This document shows, piece by piece, positions 23,977-37,745 of a DNA stretch of 64,000 nucleotides. A program made the translations under genes and the position numbers. The notes under the pieces are model-generated. The model searched no databases and was not told where the DNA came from. It was given only the letters and a program-made list of their open reading frames with translations. Origin of the DNA: Nemertoderma westbladi (Eukaryota > Animalia > Xenacoelomorpha); the NCBI GenBank assembly GCA_032718475.1, contig JAUCBJ010000044.1, positions 3,661-67,660 on the forward strand, in the 5' to 3' direction. Positions within the stretch are counted from its first letter, which is position 1. Each line of letters opens with the position of its first letter.

Positions 23977-25897
23977 CTTGGAACAAATAAAAATCTTAAG
24001 AGACAAAATCTGGCAAAATAATACAATTTAGTTGAGAAATAATGGAGATATGGCTGTTCGAAAGTGGCTGTTTTGTTTACAAACATATGACAAAACTCTG
24101 CAAATAAATTATTTTCTAGAATAATCTGTTGTAATTAAATATCCTGATCCGAAGAGGGAAACATAGTAATGTGCGACTTGTTTTATTTTACACGTACGGT
24201 TGTACGATAACTTAGGATATTGTACAGACGGGTTAGCTACTCACAGTTCGTTGGAACATGTGTCTGGTTGCGATAACCTGAAACCATGTTTTAGAGCGTG
24301 GATGACCTCCGAGTTAGATAAGTCTGGGTAGGGAGTCTCACCCAATGTCGTTAGTTCGTAAAGGGTGATACCAAAACTCCATCTAAAATAAAAATAGTTT
24401 GTAATGCCAAATACCAAAACTCCCTCTAAAATAAAAATAGTTTGCAGAGATCAAAACTGCATCTAAAATAAAAATAGTTTGTGGAGATAGATAACAAAAC
24501 TCCATCTAAAATAATAGTTTGTGATGCTAGATACCAAAACTCCATCTAAAATAAAAATAGTTTGTAGAGATCAAAACTGCATCTAAAATAAAAATAGTTT
24601 GTGGAGATAGATACCAAAACTCCATCTAAAATAAAAATAATTTGTAGAGATAGATACCAAAACTCCGTCTAAAAAAAATAGTTCATAGAGATAGATACCA
24701 AAACTCATCTAAAATAAAAATAGTTTCTTGAGATAGATACCAAAACTCCGTCTACAATAAAAATAGTTTATAGAGATAGATACCAAAACTCCATCTAAAA
24801 TAAAAATAGTTTGTAGGGATAGATACCAAAACTCCGTCTAAAATAAAAATAGTTTATAGAGATAGATACCAAAACTCATCTAAAATAAAAATAGTTTGTA
24901 GAGATAGATACCAAAACTCCGTCTAAAATAAAAATAGTTTATAGAGATAGATACCCAAACTCATCTAAAATAAAAATAGTTTGTAGAGATAGATACCAAA
25001 ACTCCATCTAAAATAAAAATAGTTTGTAGAGATAGATACCAAAACTCCATCTAAAATATAAATAGTTTGTAGAGATAGATACTAAAACTACATCTAAAAT
25101 AAAAATAGTTTATAGAGATAGATACCAAAACTCCATCTAAAATATAAATAGTTTGTAGAGATAGATAACAAAACTCCATCTAAAATATAAATAGTTTGTA
25201 GAGATAGATACCAAAACTCCATCTAAAATATAAATAGTTAGAAGAGATAGATACCAAAACTCCATCTAAAATAAAAATAGTTTGTAGAGATAGATACCAA
25301 AACTCCATCTAAAATATAAATAGTTTGTAGAGATAGATACCAAAACTCCATCTAAAATATAAATAGTTAGTAGAGATAGATACCAAAACTCCATCTAAAA
25401 TAAAAATAGTTTATAGAGATAGATACCAAAACTCCATCTAAAATATAAATAGTTTGTAGAGATAGATACCAAAACTCCATCTAAAATATAAATAGTTAGT
25501 AGAGATAGATACCAAAACTCCATCTAAAATAAAAATAGTTTGTAGAGATAGATACCAAAACTCCATCTAAAATAAAAATAGTTTGTAGAGATAGATACCA
25601 AAACTCCATCTAAAATAAAAATAGTTTGTAATGCTAGATACCAAAACCCTATCTAAAATAAAAATAGTTAGTAGAGATAGATACCAAAACTCCATCTAAA
25701 ATAAAAATAGTTTGTAGAGATAGATACCAAAACTCTATCTAAAATAAAAATAGTTAGTAGAGATAGATACCAAAACTCCATCTAAAATAATAGTTTGTAA
25801 TGCTAGATACCAAAACTCAATCTAAAATAAAAACAGTTTGTAATGCTAGATACCAAAACTCCATCTAAAATAAAAATAGTTAGTAGAGATAGATACC

Positions 25898-26677
25898 AAT
25901 AAAGAGGAGTTCAAGGATTCACTCTGTCTTCGCTATGGCTGTTTACCCCAGTCGCTCCAGGCTCGTTGCGCCTGTGGGACACGATTTTCCGTTAATCATG
26001 TCCTGTCGTGCCCCACTGGTGGTTATCCGTCAATCCGGCACAACGAGATTCGGGATTTCGTCGCATCAACCCTGACCGAGGTCTCCCAGAACGTCTCGAT
26101 TGAACCCCGATTGCAGCCTATCTTTGGTGAGCAGTTCGAGAGGCGTTCAACAACAGAGGACCAGGAGGCGCAGCTGGACGTGGCGATGTCTGGGTTTTGG
26201 GGATCGAGATTCCAGAGAACCTTTTTGGACGTCTCGGTTTTCAATCCTCTCGCTCTGACCAATGCAGCAATGACACTAGAGGGCGCCCATCTCCATCATG
26301 AGGCGCGGAAGCGGGGTCGGTATGAAGAACGAGTCAGGGAAGTTGAGCTGGCGACCTTCACACCACTGATCATGTCTGATTTCGGGGGAATCTCACCATC
26401 CACGGCGCAGTTCTTCAAATACCTTGCTGTTCTGTTGGCGGATAAGCGAGAGATCAGCTACACAGAGTGTGTTACCTGGATCCGACGACACATCAGTTTT
26501 CTGCTGGTTCGGGCTGCCCACATGTGCCTGCGCGGGTCAAGGTCATCACGCCACCGGCCAGTTCAAAACGCCAACCTGGGAGAAATCTCCATCCGGCTCA
26601 CAAACAAAGGGGCGGCCATCGGAGGCAGCGGGGTGAAATGCGGGGTTGAGCTGCTGTGGATTATCGGTGCTAAGTAG
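25898..26677 (+). mobile_element. 5'-truncated CRE-like non-LTR retrotransposon (CCHC knuckle plus restriction-like endonuclease)
   Basis: Open frame from the satellite junction: NKEEFKDSLCLRYG...CACGTRFSVNHVLSC...RHNEIRD...LDVAMSGFW...FLDVSVFNP...FTPL...CLRGSRS, typical of the C-terminus of CRE-clade RLE elements. Confidence 0.85.
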
Positions 26678-26699
26678 ATAGTCTAAGACGATGGGTTCC

Positions 26700-26850
26700 T
26701 CCGTTGTCGGGTCAGCAACTCTGTCAACCTCTGCGGTACGAGCGCCGGCGACGTCCACATCATCACCTGCTCCGGGAAGCCTGGCCGTTATGTCGTTGAG
26801 TTAAAAGGAATCAGCGAATATCTTACTCTTTGTGAAGTCGATGTCTTTCC
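26700..26850 (+). pseudogene. F-type lectin (fucolectin / F5/8C-like) C-terminal remnant
   Basis: Translates as RVSNSVNLCG...ITCSGKPGRYVVELKGISEYLTLCEVDVF, matching the fucolectin motif C...GRYV...YLTLCEVEV. Confidence 0.7.
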
Positions 26851-29800
26851 CTTATATAGACGAAGAACAACGAATTACAGCAACAGTAGCCGAGACTGTA
26901 GATCTAACTTATAATGTTAATATCAAAGTTTCTGTTCGTGGCATACTTTCACCTACAATTATATGTAAAATATTCAAACGCTCAACTAAATAATAATTCA
27001 GTTACAGTTTCATTTAGAGATAGATACCAAAACTCCATCTAAAATAATAGTTTGTAATGCTAGATACCAAAACTCCATCTACAATAAAAATAGTTTGTAG
27101 AGATAGATACCAAAACCCCATCTAAAAAAAATAGTTTATAGAGATAGATACCAAAACTCATCTAAAATAAAAATAGTTTCTTGAGATAGATACCAAAACT
27201 CATCTAAAATAAAAATAGTTTATAGAGATAGATACCAAAACTCATCTAAAATAAAAATAGTTTAGAGAGATAGATACCAAAACTCCATCTAAAATATAAA
27301 TAGTTTGTAGAGATAGATACCAAAACTCATCTAAAATATAAATAGTTTGTAGAGATAGATACCAAAACTCCATCTAAAATAATAGTTTGTAATGCTAGAT
27401 ACCAAAACTCCATCTAAAATAAAAATAGTTTGTAATGCTAGATACCAAAACTCCATCTAAAATAAAAATAGTTAGTAGAGATAGATACCAAAACTCCATC
27501 TAAAATAAAAATAGTTTGTAGAGATAGATACCAAAACTCCATCCAAAATAAAAATAGTTTGTAATGCTAGATACCAAAACTCCGTCTAAAATAAAAATAG
27601 TTTATAGAGATAGATAACAAAACTCCATCTAAAATAAAAATAGTTTGTAGAGATAGATACCAAAACTCTATCTAAAATAAAAATAGTTTGCAATGCTAGA
27701 TACCAAAACTCCATCTAAAATAAAAATAGTTAGTAGAGATAGATACCAAAACTCCATCTATAATAATAGTTTCTAATGCTAGATACCAAAACTCCATCTA
27801 AAATAAAAATAGTTTGTAATGCTAGATACCAAAACTCCATCTAAAATAAAAATAGTTTGTAGAGATAGATACCAAAACTCAATCTAAAATAAAAATAGTT
27901 TGTAGAGATAGATACCAAAACTCCATCTAAAATAAAAATAGTTTGTAGAGATAAATACCAAAACTCCATCTAAAATAATAGTTTATAATGCTAGATACCA
28001 AAACTCCGTCTAAAATAAAAATAGTTTATAGAGATAGATACCAAAACTCCATCTAGAATAAAAATAGTTTGTTGAGATAGATACCAAAACTCTATCTAAA
28101 ATAAAAATAGTTTTTAGAGATAGATACCAAAACTCCATCAAGAATAAAAAAAGTTTGTAGAGATAGATACCTAAAACTCCATCTAGAATAAAAATAGTTT
28201 GTAGAGATAGATACCAAAACTCCATCTAAAATAAAAATACTTTGTAGAGATAGATACCAAAACTCCATCTAAAATAAAAATACTTTGTAATGCTAGATAC
28301 CAAAACTCCATCTAAAATAAAAATAGTTAATAGAGATAGATACCAAAACTCCATCTAAAATAAAAATAGTTAGTAGAGATAGATACCAAAACTCCATCTA
28401 AAATAAAAATAGTTTGTAGAGATAGACACCAAAACTCCATCTAAAATAAAAATACTTTGTAATGCTAGATACCAAAACTCCATCTAAAATAAAAATAGTT
28501 TATAGAGATAGATACCAAAACTCCATCTAAAATAAAAATAGTTTATAGAGATAGATACCAAACTCAATCTAAAATAAAAATAGTTTGCAATGCTAGATAC
28601 CAAAACTTCGTCTAAAATAAAAATAGTTTGTAATGCTAGATACCAAAACTCCATCTAAAATAAAAATAGTTTATAGAGATAGATACCAAAACTCCATCTA
28701 AAATAAAAATAGTTTGTAGAGATAGACACCAAAACTCCATCTAAAATAAAAATACTTTGTAATGCTAGATACCAAAACTCCATCTAAAATAAAAATAGTT
28801 TATAGAGATAGATACCAAAACTCTATCTAAAATAAAAATAGTTTATAGAGATAGAAACCAAAACTCAATCTAAAATAAAAATAGTTTGCAATGCTAGATA
28901 CCAAAACTTCGTCTAAAATAAAAATAGTTTGTAATGCTAGATACCAAAACTCCATCTAAAATAAAAATAGTTTGTAGAGATAGATACCAAAACTCCATCT
29001 AAAATAAAAATAGTTTGTAGAGATAGATACCAAAACTCCATCTAAAATAAAAATAGTTTGTAGTGATAGATACCAAAACTCCATCTAAAATAAAAATAGT
29101 TTATAGAGACAGATACCAAAACTCCATCTAAAATAAAAATAGTTTATAGAGATAGATACCAAAACTCAATCTAAAATAAAAATAGTTTGCAATGCTAGAT
29201 ACCAAAACTTCATCAAAAATAAAAATAGTTTGTAGAGATAGTTACCAAAACTCCATCTAAAATAAAAATAGTTTATAGAGATAGATACCAAAACTCCATT
29301 TAAAATAAAAATAGTTTATAGAGATAGATAACAAAACTCCATCTAAAATAAAAATAGTTTGTAGAGATAGATACCAAAACTCCATCTAAAATAAAAATAG
29401 TTTGTAGAGATAGATACCAAAACTCCATCTAAAATAAAAATAGTTTGTAGAGATAGATACCAAAACTCCATCTAAAAAAAATAGTTTATAGAGATAGATA
29501 CCAAAACTCCATCTAAAATAAAAATAGTTAGTAGAGATAGATACCAAAACTCCATCTAAAATAAAAATAGTTAGTAGAGATAGATACCAAAACTCCATCT
29601 AAAAAAAATAGTTTATAGAGATAGATACCAAAACTCCATCTAAAATAAAAATAGTTTGTAGAGATAGATACCAAAACTCCATCTAAAATAAAAATAGTTT
29701 GTAGAGATAGATACCAAAACTCCATCTAAAATAAAAATAGTTTGTAGAGATAGATACCAAAACTCCATCTAAAATAAAAATAGTTTATAGAGATAGATAC

Positions 29801-31508
29801 CAAAACTCCATCTAAAATAAAAATAGTTTATAGAGATAGATACCAAAACTCAATCTAAAATAAAAATAGTTTGCAATGCTAGATACCAAAACTCCATCTA
29901 AAATAAAAATAGTTTGTAGAGATAGATACCAAAACTCCATCTAAAATAAAAATAGTTTGTAGAGATAGATACCAAAACTCCATCTAAAATAAAAATAGTT
30001 TGTAGAGATAGATACCAAAACTCCATCTAAAATAAAAATAGTTTGTAGAGATAGATACCAAAACTCCATCTAAAATAAAAATAGTTTTTAGAGATAGATA
30101 CCAAAACTCTATCTAGAATAAAAATAGTTTGTAGAGATAGATACCTAAAACTCCATCTAAAATATAAATAGTTTGTAGAGATAGATACCAAAACTCCATC
30201 TAAAATAAAAATAGTTTGTAGAGATAGATACCAAAACTCCATCTAAAATAAAAATAGTTTGTAGAGATAGATACCAAAACTCCATCTAAAATAAAAATAC
30301 TTTATAGAGATAGATACCAAAACTCCATCTAAAATAAAAATACTCTTGTAATGCTAGATACCAAAACTCCATCGAAAATAAAAATAGTTAGTAGAGATAG
30401 ATACCAAAACTCCATCTAAAATAAAAATAGTTTGTAGAGATAGATACCAAAACTCCATCTAGAATAAAAATAGTTTATAGAGATAGATACCAAAACTCCA
30501 TCTAAAATAAAAATAGTTTGTAGAGACAGATACCAAAACTCCATCTAAAATAAAATACTTTGTAATGCTAGATACCAAAACTCCATCTAAAATAAAAACA
30601 GTTTATAGAGATAGATACCAAAACTCCATCTAAAATAAAAATAGTTTATAGAGATAGATACCAAAACTCAATCTAAGATAAAAATAGTTTGCAATGCTAG
30701 ATACCAAAACTTCGTCTAAAATAAAAATAGTTTGTAATGCTAGATACCAAAACTCCATCTAAAATAAAAATAGTTTATAGAAATAGATACCAAAACTCCA
30801 TCTAAAATAAAAATAGTTTATAGAGATAGATACCAAAACTCAATCTAAAATAAAAATAGTTTGCAATGCTAGATACCAAAACTCCATCTAAAATAAAAAT
30901 AGTTTGTAGAGATAGATACCAAAACTCCATCTAAAATAAAAATAGTTTGTAGAGATAGATACCAAAACTCCATCTAAAATAAAAATAGTTTGTAGAGATA
31001 GATACCAAAACTCCATCTAAAATAAAAATAGTTTGTAGAGATAGATACCAAAACTCCATCTAAAATAAAAATAGTTTGTAGAGATAGATACCAAAACTCC
31101 ATCTAAAATAAAAATAGTTTGTAGAGATAGATACCAAAACTCCATCTAAAATAAAAATAGTTTGTAGAGATAGATACCAAAACTCCATCTAAAATATAAA
31201 TAGTTTGTAGAGATAGATACCAAAACTCAATCTAAAATAAACATAGTTTGCAATGCTAGATACCAAAACTCCATCTAAAATAAAAATAGTTAGTAGAGAT
31301 AGATACCAAAACTCCATCTAAAATAAAAATAGTTTGTAGAGATAGATACCAAAACTCCATCTAAAATAAAAATAGTTTGTAGAGATAGATACCAAAACTC
31401 CATCAAAATAAAAATAGTTTGTAGAGATAGATACCAAAACTCCATCTAAAATAAAAATAGTTTGTAGAGATAGATACCAAAACTCCATCTAAAATAAAAA
31501 TAGTTTAT

Positions 31509-34369
31509 TATTCATTATTCATTTATATTTATTTCTCCAATCAAACAAATAAGAAATTGCAATACACTTTCATAATTAAATCAATAGTTATAAATGTTGA
31601 CTGAAGCTGGCTGACTGCTAATAGCCTGGAGCTAGTGGACGCAATCAGCCAGGTATTAAGCTAAGTATCAGACATGAAGTATTATTTTACTACCTTGGGT
31701 ATTTATATTATGACACTTTTTTCATATCCTTAAATACTCTCCGGCCCAAAAAATGAAATATTTATAGAACCATTAACTAAATTTATTGTGATACTATTGA
31801 CCGATACCTACTTGGTTGAGACTAAAATTTGAAATTGAAAGAGTGGATGATGGCGATTTTATTTAAATAGAAATGATGATTAATAATTAATTGACCAAAA
31901 CAGAGTAGATTCAGAGAAAAGTTATTGATAATTTATTTTATACAATTTGAAGTAAAAATAGTTAGGATGTTACGGGTGGCAATTTTTGTGAAGTCTTATA
32001 TTATATTTGTCAGGAAGTTAAATTTTAAATTTTGCACCAGTATCCAGTATATAAAAAAAAATAAAAAAATAAAAAATAATAATAAATAAATAGGGAGAAG
32101 TGTCAAATTTGTAAATTTTATTTTCAATAAAAATATTTTATAGGTGCTGTAGGAGGTGCTGTAGGAGGTGCTTTTTCAGGTTTTTTGAAAACATTGCTAT
32201 TGTTTTTTTTTCCTAATCATCACCGGGATCTCGTTCCAAATAGACGGACCAAGATAACTAAGAGAGCGTTGAGTTGAGCTGAGACGTACTAGTGGAAGTT
32301 GAATATTCCCTTGGGTGGCTGATCTTGTATTATAATTATGGCAGTCTTTAATTTTATTGAAAAATAGCTTTGAGATATTTGTAGGGGCTAAATTGTTGTT
32401 ACATCTGTATACAAACCTACCTATTTCGTACTTATAAAGCAAATCTAAGGGAAGGATATTTAATGATTTGTAAATGGGATTTGCCGATGAACGATGGTGG
32501 CTGAAGGTAATACATCGTAATAATTTATTGATTTTTATTCTGAGTGATTTAATAATGCTTTCATAAGTTCCCCCCCAAAGTATGATTCCGTAAATTAAGT
32601 ATGGGTGAATTAAAGAAAAATAAAGTAATCTTAAGATATTTAATGGGAATATGTGCCTCAGTTTGAAAAATATACCAGAAAATTTTGAAATTTTTTTAGT
32701 TATGTATTGAATGTGACTTCTCCAGTTTAATTTATTATCCACCCATACCCCTAAAAATTTAGTTACATGTACTTGTTTTATTTTATTGGTGTTAATATGT
32801 ACTATTGGCGTATTTGTAAAGTCTTTTAAAGTATATGAAAACAATTCGTATTCAGTTTTTGATAGATTTAAAGATAATTTATTGTCAATTAACCAATTCG
32901 AAATTTTAGCTAGTTCACAGTTTGTGGCTTCAATTAAAACATTAATATTATTATTTGATGTATAAAGGGTAGTATCATCTGCAAAAAGGGTACAGTTAAG
33001 ATTTGTTACATTGGGTAGATCGTTGATGTAAAGTAGGAATAAGTTTGGTGACATTATACTACCCTGGGGAACCCCACAAGCCAGTGGTAAATTTATTGAA
33101 TTGCAATCATCTATGGAAACGTATTGAAATCTGTTTGATAAAAAGTTTGAAATTAGGTCGTGAGGTTTTCCTCTTATGCCATAGTTAAGTCATTTATTTT
33201 TAAGAATTTTGTGATCTAAAGTATCATATGCTTTTTTTAAATCAATAAAGATAGCACTGGTTGTGTGTTTGTGTTCTAGAACATTTTGAATATGATTTAT
33301 TACTGAGAGTAGAGCATCGGAAGTTGTTGTCTTAGGTCGAAAACCGTATTGTGAACTAGTAAAAATTCCAAACTTTAACATAAAAGACTGAAGTTGGTTA
33401 TTTATTATTATTTCAAATATTTTGCTAAGAACTGGTAAAAGTGAAATAGGACGGTAATTATTTGGGTCGGTGGGGTCCCCCCCTTTAAAAGATGGAATAA
33501 TTTTAGCAATTTTTAGAGAGTCGGGGAAGAAACCTCGTTGAATTGATAGATTTATAAGAGGAGCTAGGAGAAATGACAGAGGTTTAGCAGCCAGTATAAG
33601 AAGTTTAGTTGGAAATGTGTCATTGGTTCCTGATTTTGGATTTAAATGCAAGAGTTCATATTCAACTTCCACCAGCGATGTCTCAACTAATGAGAACGAA
33701 CTGGAGCTATTAAACTTAATATTCCGTGTTGGAGAGCGGTTTGATGTGGGAATTGAGCTTGCCAACTCTGGACCAATATTAGCGAAATGGATGTTAGCAA
33801 TTTTTAATTTATCTGTAAATGTTTCAATTTTATCCCCTTCTTTAACAGTAATATTTTTTGGAATGTTTAATTTTTTTTGTCTATTTAAAGCTGAGTTTAT
33901 TATGAGCCAGGTTTTTCTAGTGTTGTTTGAATTTGATGTGAATTTGTTCGTATAATAATTTTTCTCTGCAATTTTCAGGCATGAAGTTAATTTATTACGA
34001 TATGTTTTAAATTTATTTGAGTTTTCTGTTGTGGGATTTTTTAAATATTTTCGGAATAATGTATTCTTCTTGCGGGAGCATTTTATTAAAGAGGTGGTTA
34101 TCCAGGGTTTTTTGGGGGAATTGTGTTGACTTATTTTTTTTTTGGTTACATGATTCGAACAAATGTTTTCTAGATTTTCATAAAATTTATTAAATTTTTC
34201 ATTATCTGGTATTAAACTGGATTTGTAACACCAAGAGCTTTCCAGTTTAATATCTTTTATGAATTTATCGGCCTTAAAATTTGAGTAATCAAAAATGGTA
34301 TTGTGTGTTGGGTCTGAAAAATGGCAAGAACAGTTTCTAAAAATTGAAAAGCAAGGTAAGTGGTCCGAT
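31509..34369 (-). mobile_element. 5'-truncated CR1/L2-group (Crack/Daphne-like) LINE, copy 1
   Basis: Minus strand starts at SDHLPCF (end of APE domain), then NYRPISLL, QYGFR, IDLKKAYDT, GVPQGS, FADDT and KFLG. It has an in-frame stop at 33190, a 3' UTR stem-loop (about 31606-31652) and an AATGAAT-type tail. GTTTAT flanks both sides. Confidence 0.9.
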
Positions 34370-34889
34370 GTTTATAGTGATAGATACCAAAACTCCATCT
34401 AAAATAAAAATAGTTTATAGAGATAGATACCAAAACTTAATCTAAATAAAAATAGTTTGCAATGCTAGATACCAAAACTCCATCTAAAATAAAAATAGTT
34501 TGTAGAGATAGATACCAAAACTCCATCTAAAATAAAAATAGTTTGTAGAGAAAGATACCAAAACTCCATCTAAAATATAAATAGTTTGTAGAGATAGATA
34601 ACAAAACTCCATCTAAAATAAAAATAGTTTATAGAGATAGATACCAAAACTCCATCTAAAATAAAAATAGTTAGTAGAGATAGATACCAAAACTCCATCT
34701 AAAATAAAAATAGTTTGTAGAGATAGATACCAAAACTCCATCTAAAATAAAAATAGTTTGTAGAGATAGATACCAAAACTCCATCAAAATAAAAATAGTT
34801 TGTAGAGATAGATACCAAAACTCCATCTAAAATAAAAATAGTTTGTAGAGATAGATACCAAAACTCCATCTAAAATAAAAATAGTTTAT

Positions 34890-37745
34890 TATTCATTATT
34901 CATTTATATTTATTTCTCCAATCAAACAAATAAGAAATTGCAATACACTTTCATAATTAAATCAATAGATATAAATGTTGACTGAAGCTGGCTGACTGCT
35001 AATAGCCTGGAGCTAGTGGACGCAATCAGCCAGGTATTAAGCTAAGTATCAGACATGAAGTATTATTTTACTACCTTGGGTATTTATATTATGACACATT
35101 TTTCATATCCTTAAATACTCTCCGGCCCAAAAAATGAAATATTTATAGAACCATTAACTAAATTTATTGTGATACTATTGACCGATACCTACTTGGTTGA
35201 GACTAAAATTTGAAATTGAAAGAGTGGATGATGGCGATTTTATTTAAATAGAAATGATGATTAATAATTAATTGACCAAAACAGAGTAGATTCAGAGAAA
35301 AGTTATTGATAATTTATTTTATACAATTTGAAGTAAAAATAGTTAGGATGTTACGGGTGGCAATTTTTGTGAAGTCTTATATAGGTCAGGAAGTTAAATT
35401 TTAAATTTTGCACCAGTATCCAGTATATAAAAAAAAATAAAAAAATAAAAAATAATAATAAATAAATAGGGAGAAGTGTCAAATTTGTAAATTTTATTTT
35501 CAATAAAAATATTTTATAGGTGCTGTAGGAGGTGCTGTAGGAGGTGCTTTTTCAGGTTTTTTGAAAACATTGCTATTGTTTTTTTTTCCTAATCATCACC
35601 GGGATCTCGTTCCAAATAGACGGACCAAGATAACTAAGAGAGCGTTGAGTTGAGCTGAGACGTACTAGTGGAAGTTGAATATTCCCTTGGGTGGCTGATC
35701 TTGTATTATAATTATGGCAGTCTTTAATTTTATTGAAAAATAGCTTTGAGATATTTGTAGGGGCTAAATTGTTGTTACATCTGTATACAAACCTACCTAT
35801 TTCGTACTTATAAAGCAAATCTAAGGGAAGGATATTTAATGATTTGTAAATGGGATTTGCCGATGAACGATGGTGGCTGAAGGTAATACATCGTAATAAT
35901 TTATTGATTTTTATTCTGAGTGATTTAATAATGCTTTCATAAGTTCCCCCCCAAAGTATGATTCCGTAAATTAAGTATGGGTGAATTAAAGAAAAATAAA
36001 GTAATCTTAAGATATTTAATGGGAATATATGCCTCAGTTTGAAAAATATACCAGAAAATTTTGAAATTTTTTTAGTTATGTATTGAATGTGACTTCTCCA
36101 GTTTAATTTATTATCCACCCATACCCCTAAAAATTTAGTTACATGTACTTGTTTTATTTTATTGGTGTTAATATGTACTATTGGCGTATTTGTAAAGTCT
36201 TTTAAAGTATATGAAAACAATTCGTATTCAGTTTTTGATAGATTTAAAGATAATTTATTGTCAATTAACCAATTCGAAATTTTAGCTAGTTCACAGTTTG
36301 TGGCTTCAATTAAAACATTAATATTATTATTTGATGTATAAAGGGTAGTATCATCTGCAAAAAGGGTACAGTTAAGATTTGTTGCATTGGGTAGATCGTT
36401 GATGTAAAGTAGGAATAAGTTTGGTGACATTATACTACCCTGGGGAACCCCACAAGCCAGTGGTAAATTTATTGAATTGCAATCATCTATGGAAACGTAT
36501 TGAAATCTGTTTGATAAAAAGTTTGAAATTAGGTCGTGAGGTTTTCCTCTTATGCCATAGTTAAGTCATTTATTTTTAAGAATTTTGTGATCTAAAGTAT
36601 CATATGCTTTTTTTAAATCAATAAAGATAGCACTGGTTGTGTGTTTGTGTTCTAGAACATTTTGAATATGATTTATTACTGAGAGTAGAGCATCGGAAGT
36701 TGTTGTCTTAGGTCGAAAACCGTATTGTGAACTAGTAAAAATTCCAAACTTTAACATAAAAGACTGAAGTTGGTTATTTATTATTATTTCAAATATTTTG
36801 CTAAGAACTGGTAAAAGTGAAATAGGACGGTAATTATTTGGGTCGGTGGGGTCCCCCCCTTTAAAAGATGGAATAATTTTAGCAATTTTTAGAGAGTCGG
36901 GGAAGAAACCTCGTTGAATTGATAGATTTATAAGAGGAGCTAGGAGAAATGACAGAGGTTTAGCAGCCAGTATAAGAAGTTTAGTTGGAAATGTGTCATT
37001 GGTTCCTGATTTTGGATTTAAATGCAAGAGTTCATATTCAACTTCCACCAGCGATGTCTCAACTAATGAGAACGAACTGGAGCTATTAAACTTAATATTC
37101 CGTGTTGGAGAGCGGTTTGATGTGGGAATTGAGCTTGCCAACTCTGGACCAATATTAGCGAAATGGATGTTAGCAATTTTTAATTTATCTGTAAATGTTT
37201 CAATTTTATCCCCTTCTTTAACAGTAATATTTTTTGGAATGTTTAATTTTTTTTGTCTATTTAAAGCTGAGTTTATTATGAGCCAGGTTTTTCTAGTGTT
37301 GTTTGAATTTGATGTGAATTTGTTCGTATAATAATTTTTCTCTGCAATTTTCAGGCATGAAGTTAATTTATTACGATATGTTTTAAATTTATTTGAGTTT
37401 TCTGTTGTGGGATTTTTTAAATATTTTCGGAATAATGTATTCTTCTTGCGGGAGCATTTTATTAAAGAGGTGGTTATCCAGGGTTTTTTGGGGGAATTGT
37501 GTTGACTTATTTTTTTTTTGGTTACATGATTCGAACAAATGTTTTCTAGATTTTCATAAAATTTATTAAATTTTTCATTATCTGGTATTAAACTGGATTT
37601 GTAACACCAAGAGCTTTCCAGTTTAATATCTTTTATGAATTTATCGGCCTTAAAATTTGAGTAATCAAAAATGGTATTGTGTGTTGGGTCTGAAAAATGG
37701 CAAGAACAGTTTCTAAAAATTGAAAAGCAAGGTAAGTGGTCCGAT
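34890..37745 (-). mobile_element. 5'-truncated CR1/L2-group LINE, copy 2 (duplicate of copy 1)
   Basis: Same truncation point, junctions and premature stop as copy 1, with only a handful of differences. Confidence 0.9.

Noticed and set aside
16410-24420. Common origin of the two satellites (CCATCCAA vs CCATCTAA)
   Set aside because: Similarity is limited to about 8 bp; the units otherwise do not align.
16447-30242. Short ORFs within the satellites (MLDGCDRC..., MEFWYLSL...)
   Set aside because: Artefacts of repeat units whose length is not divisible by 3; they arise only where indels skip stops.
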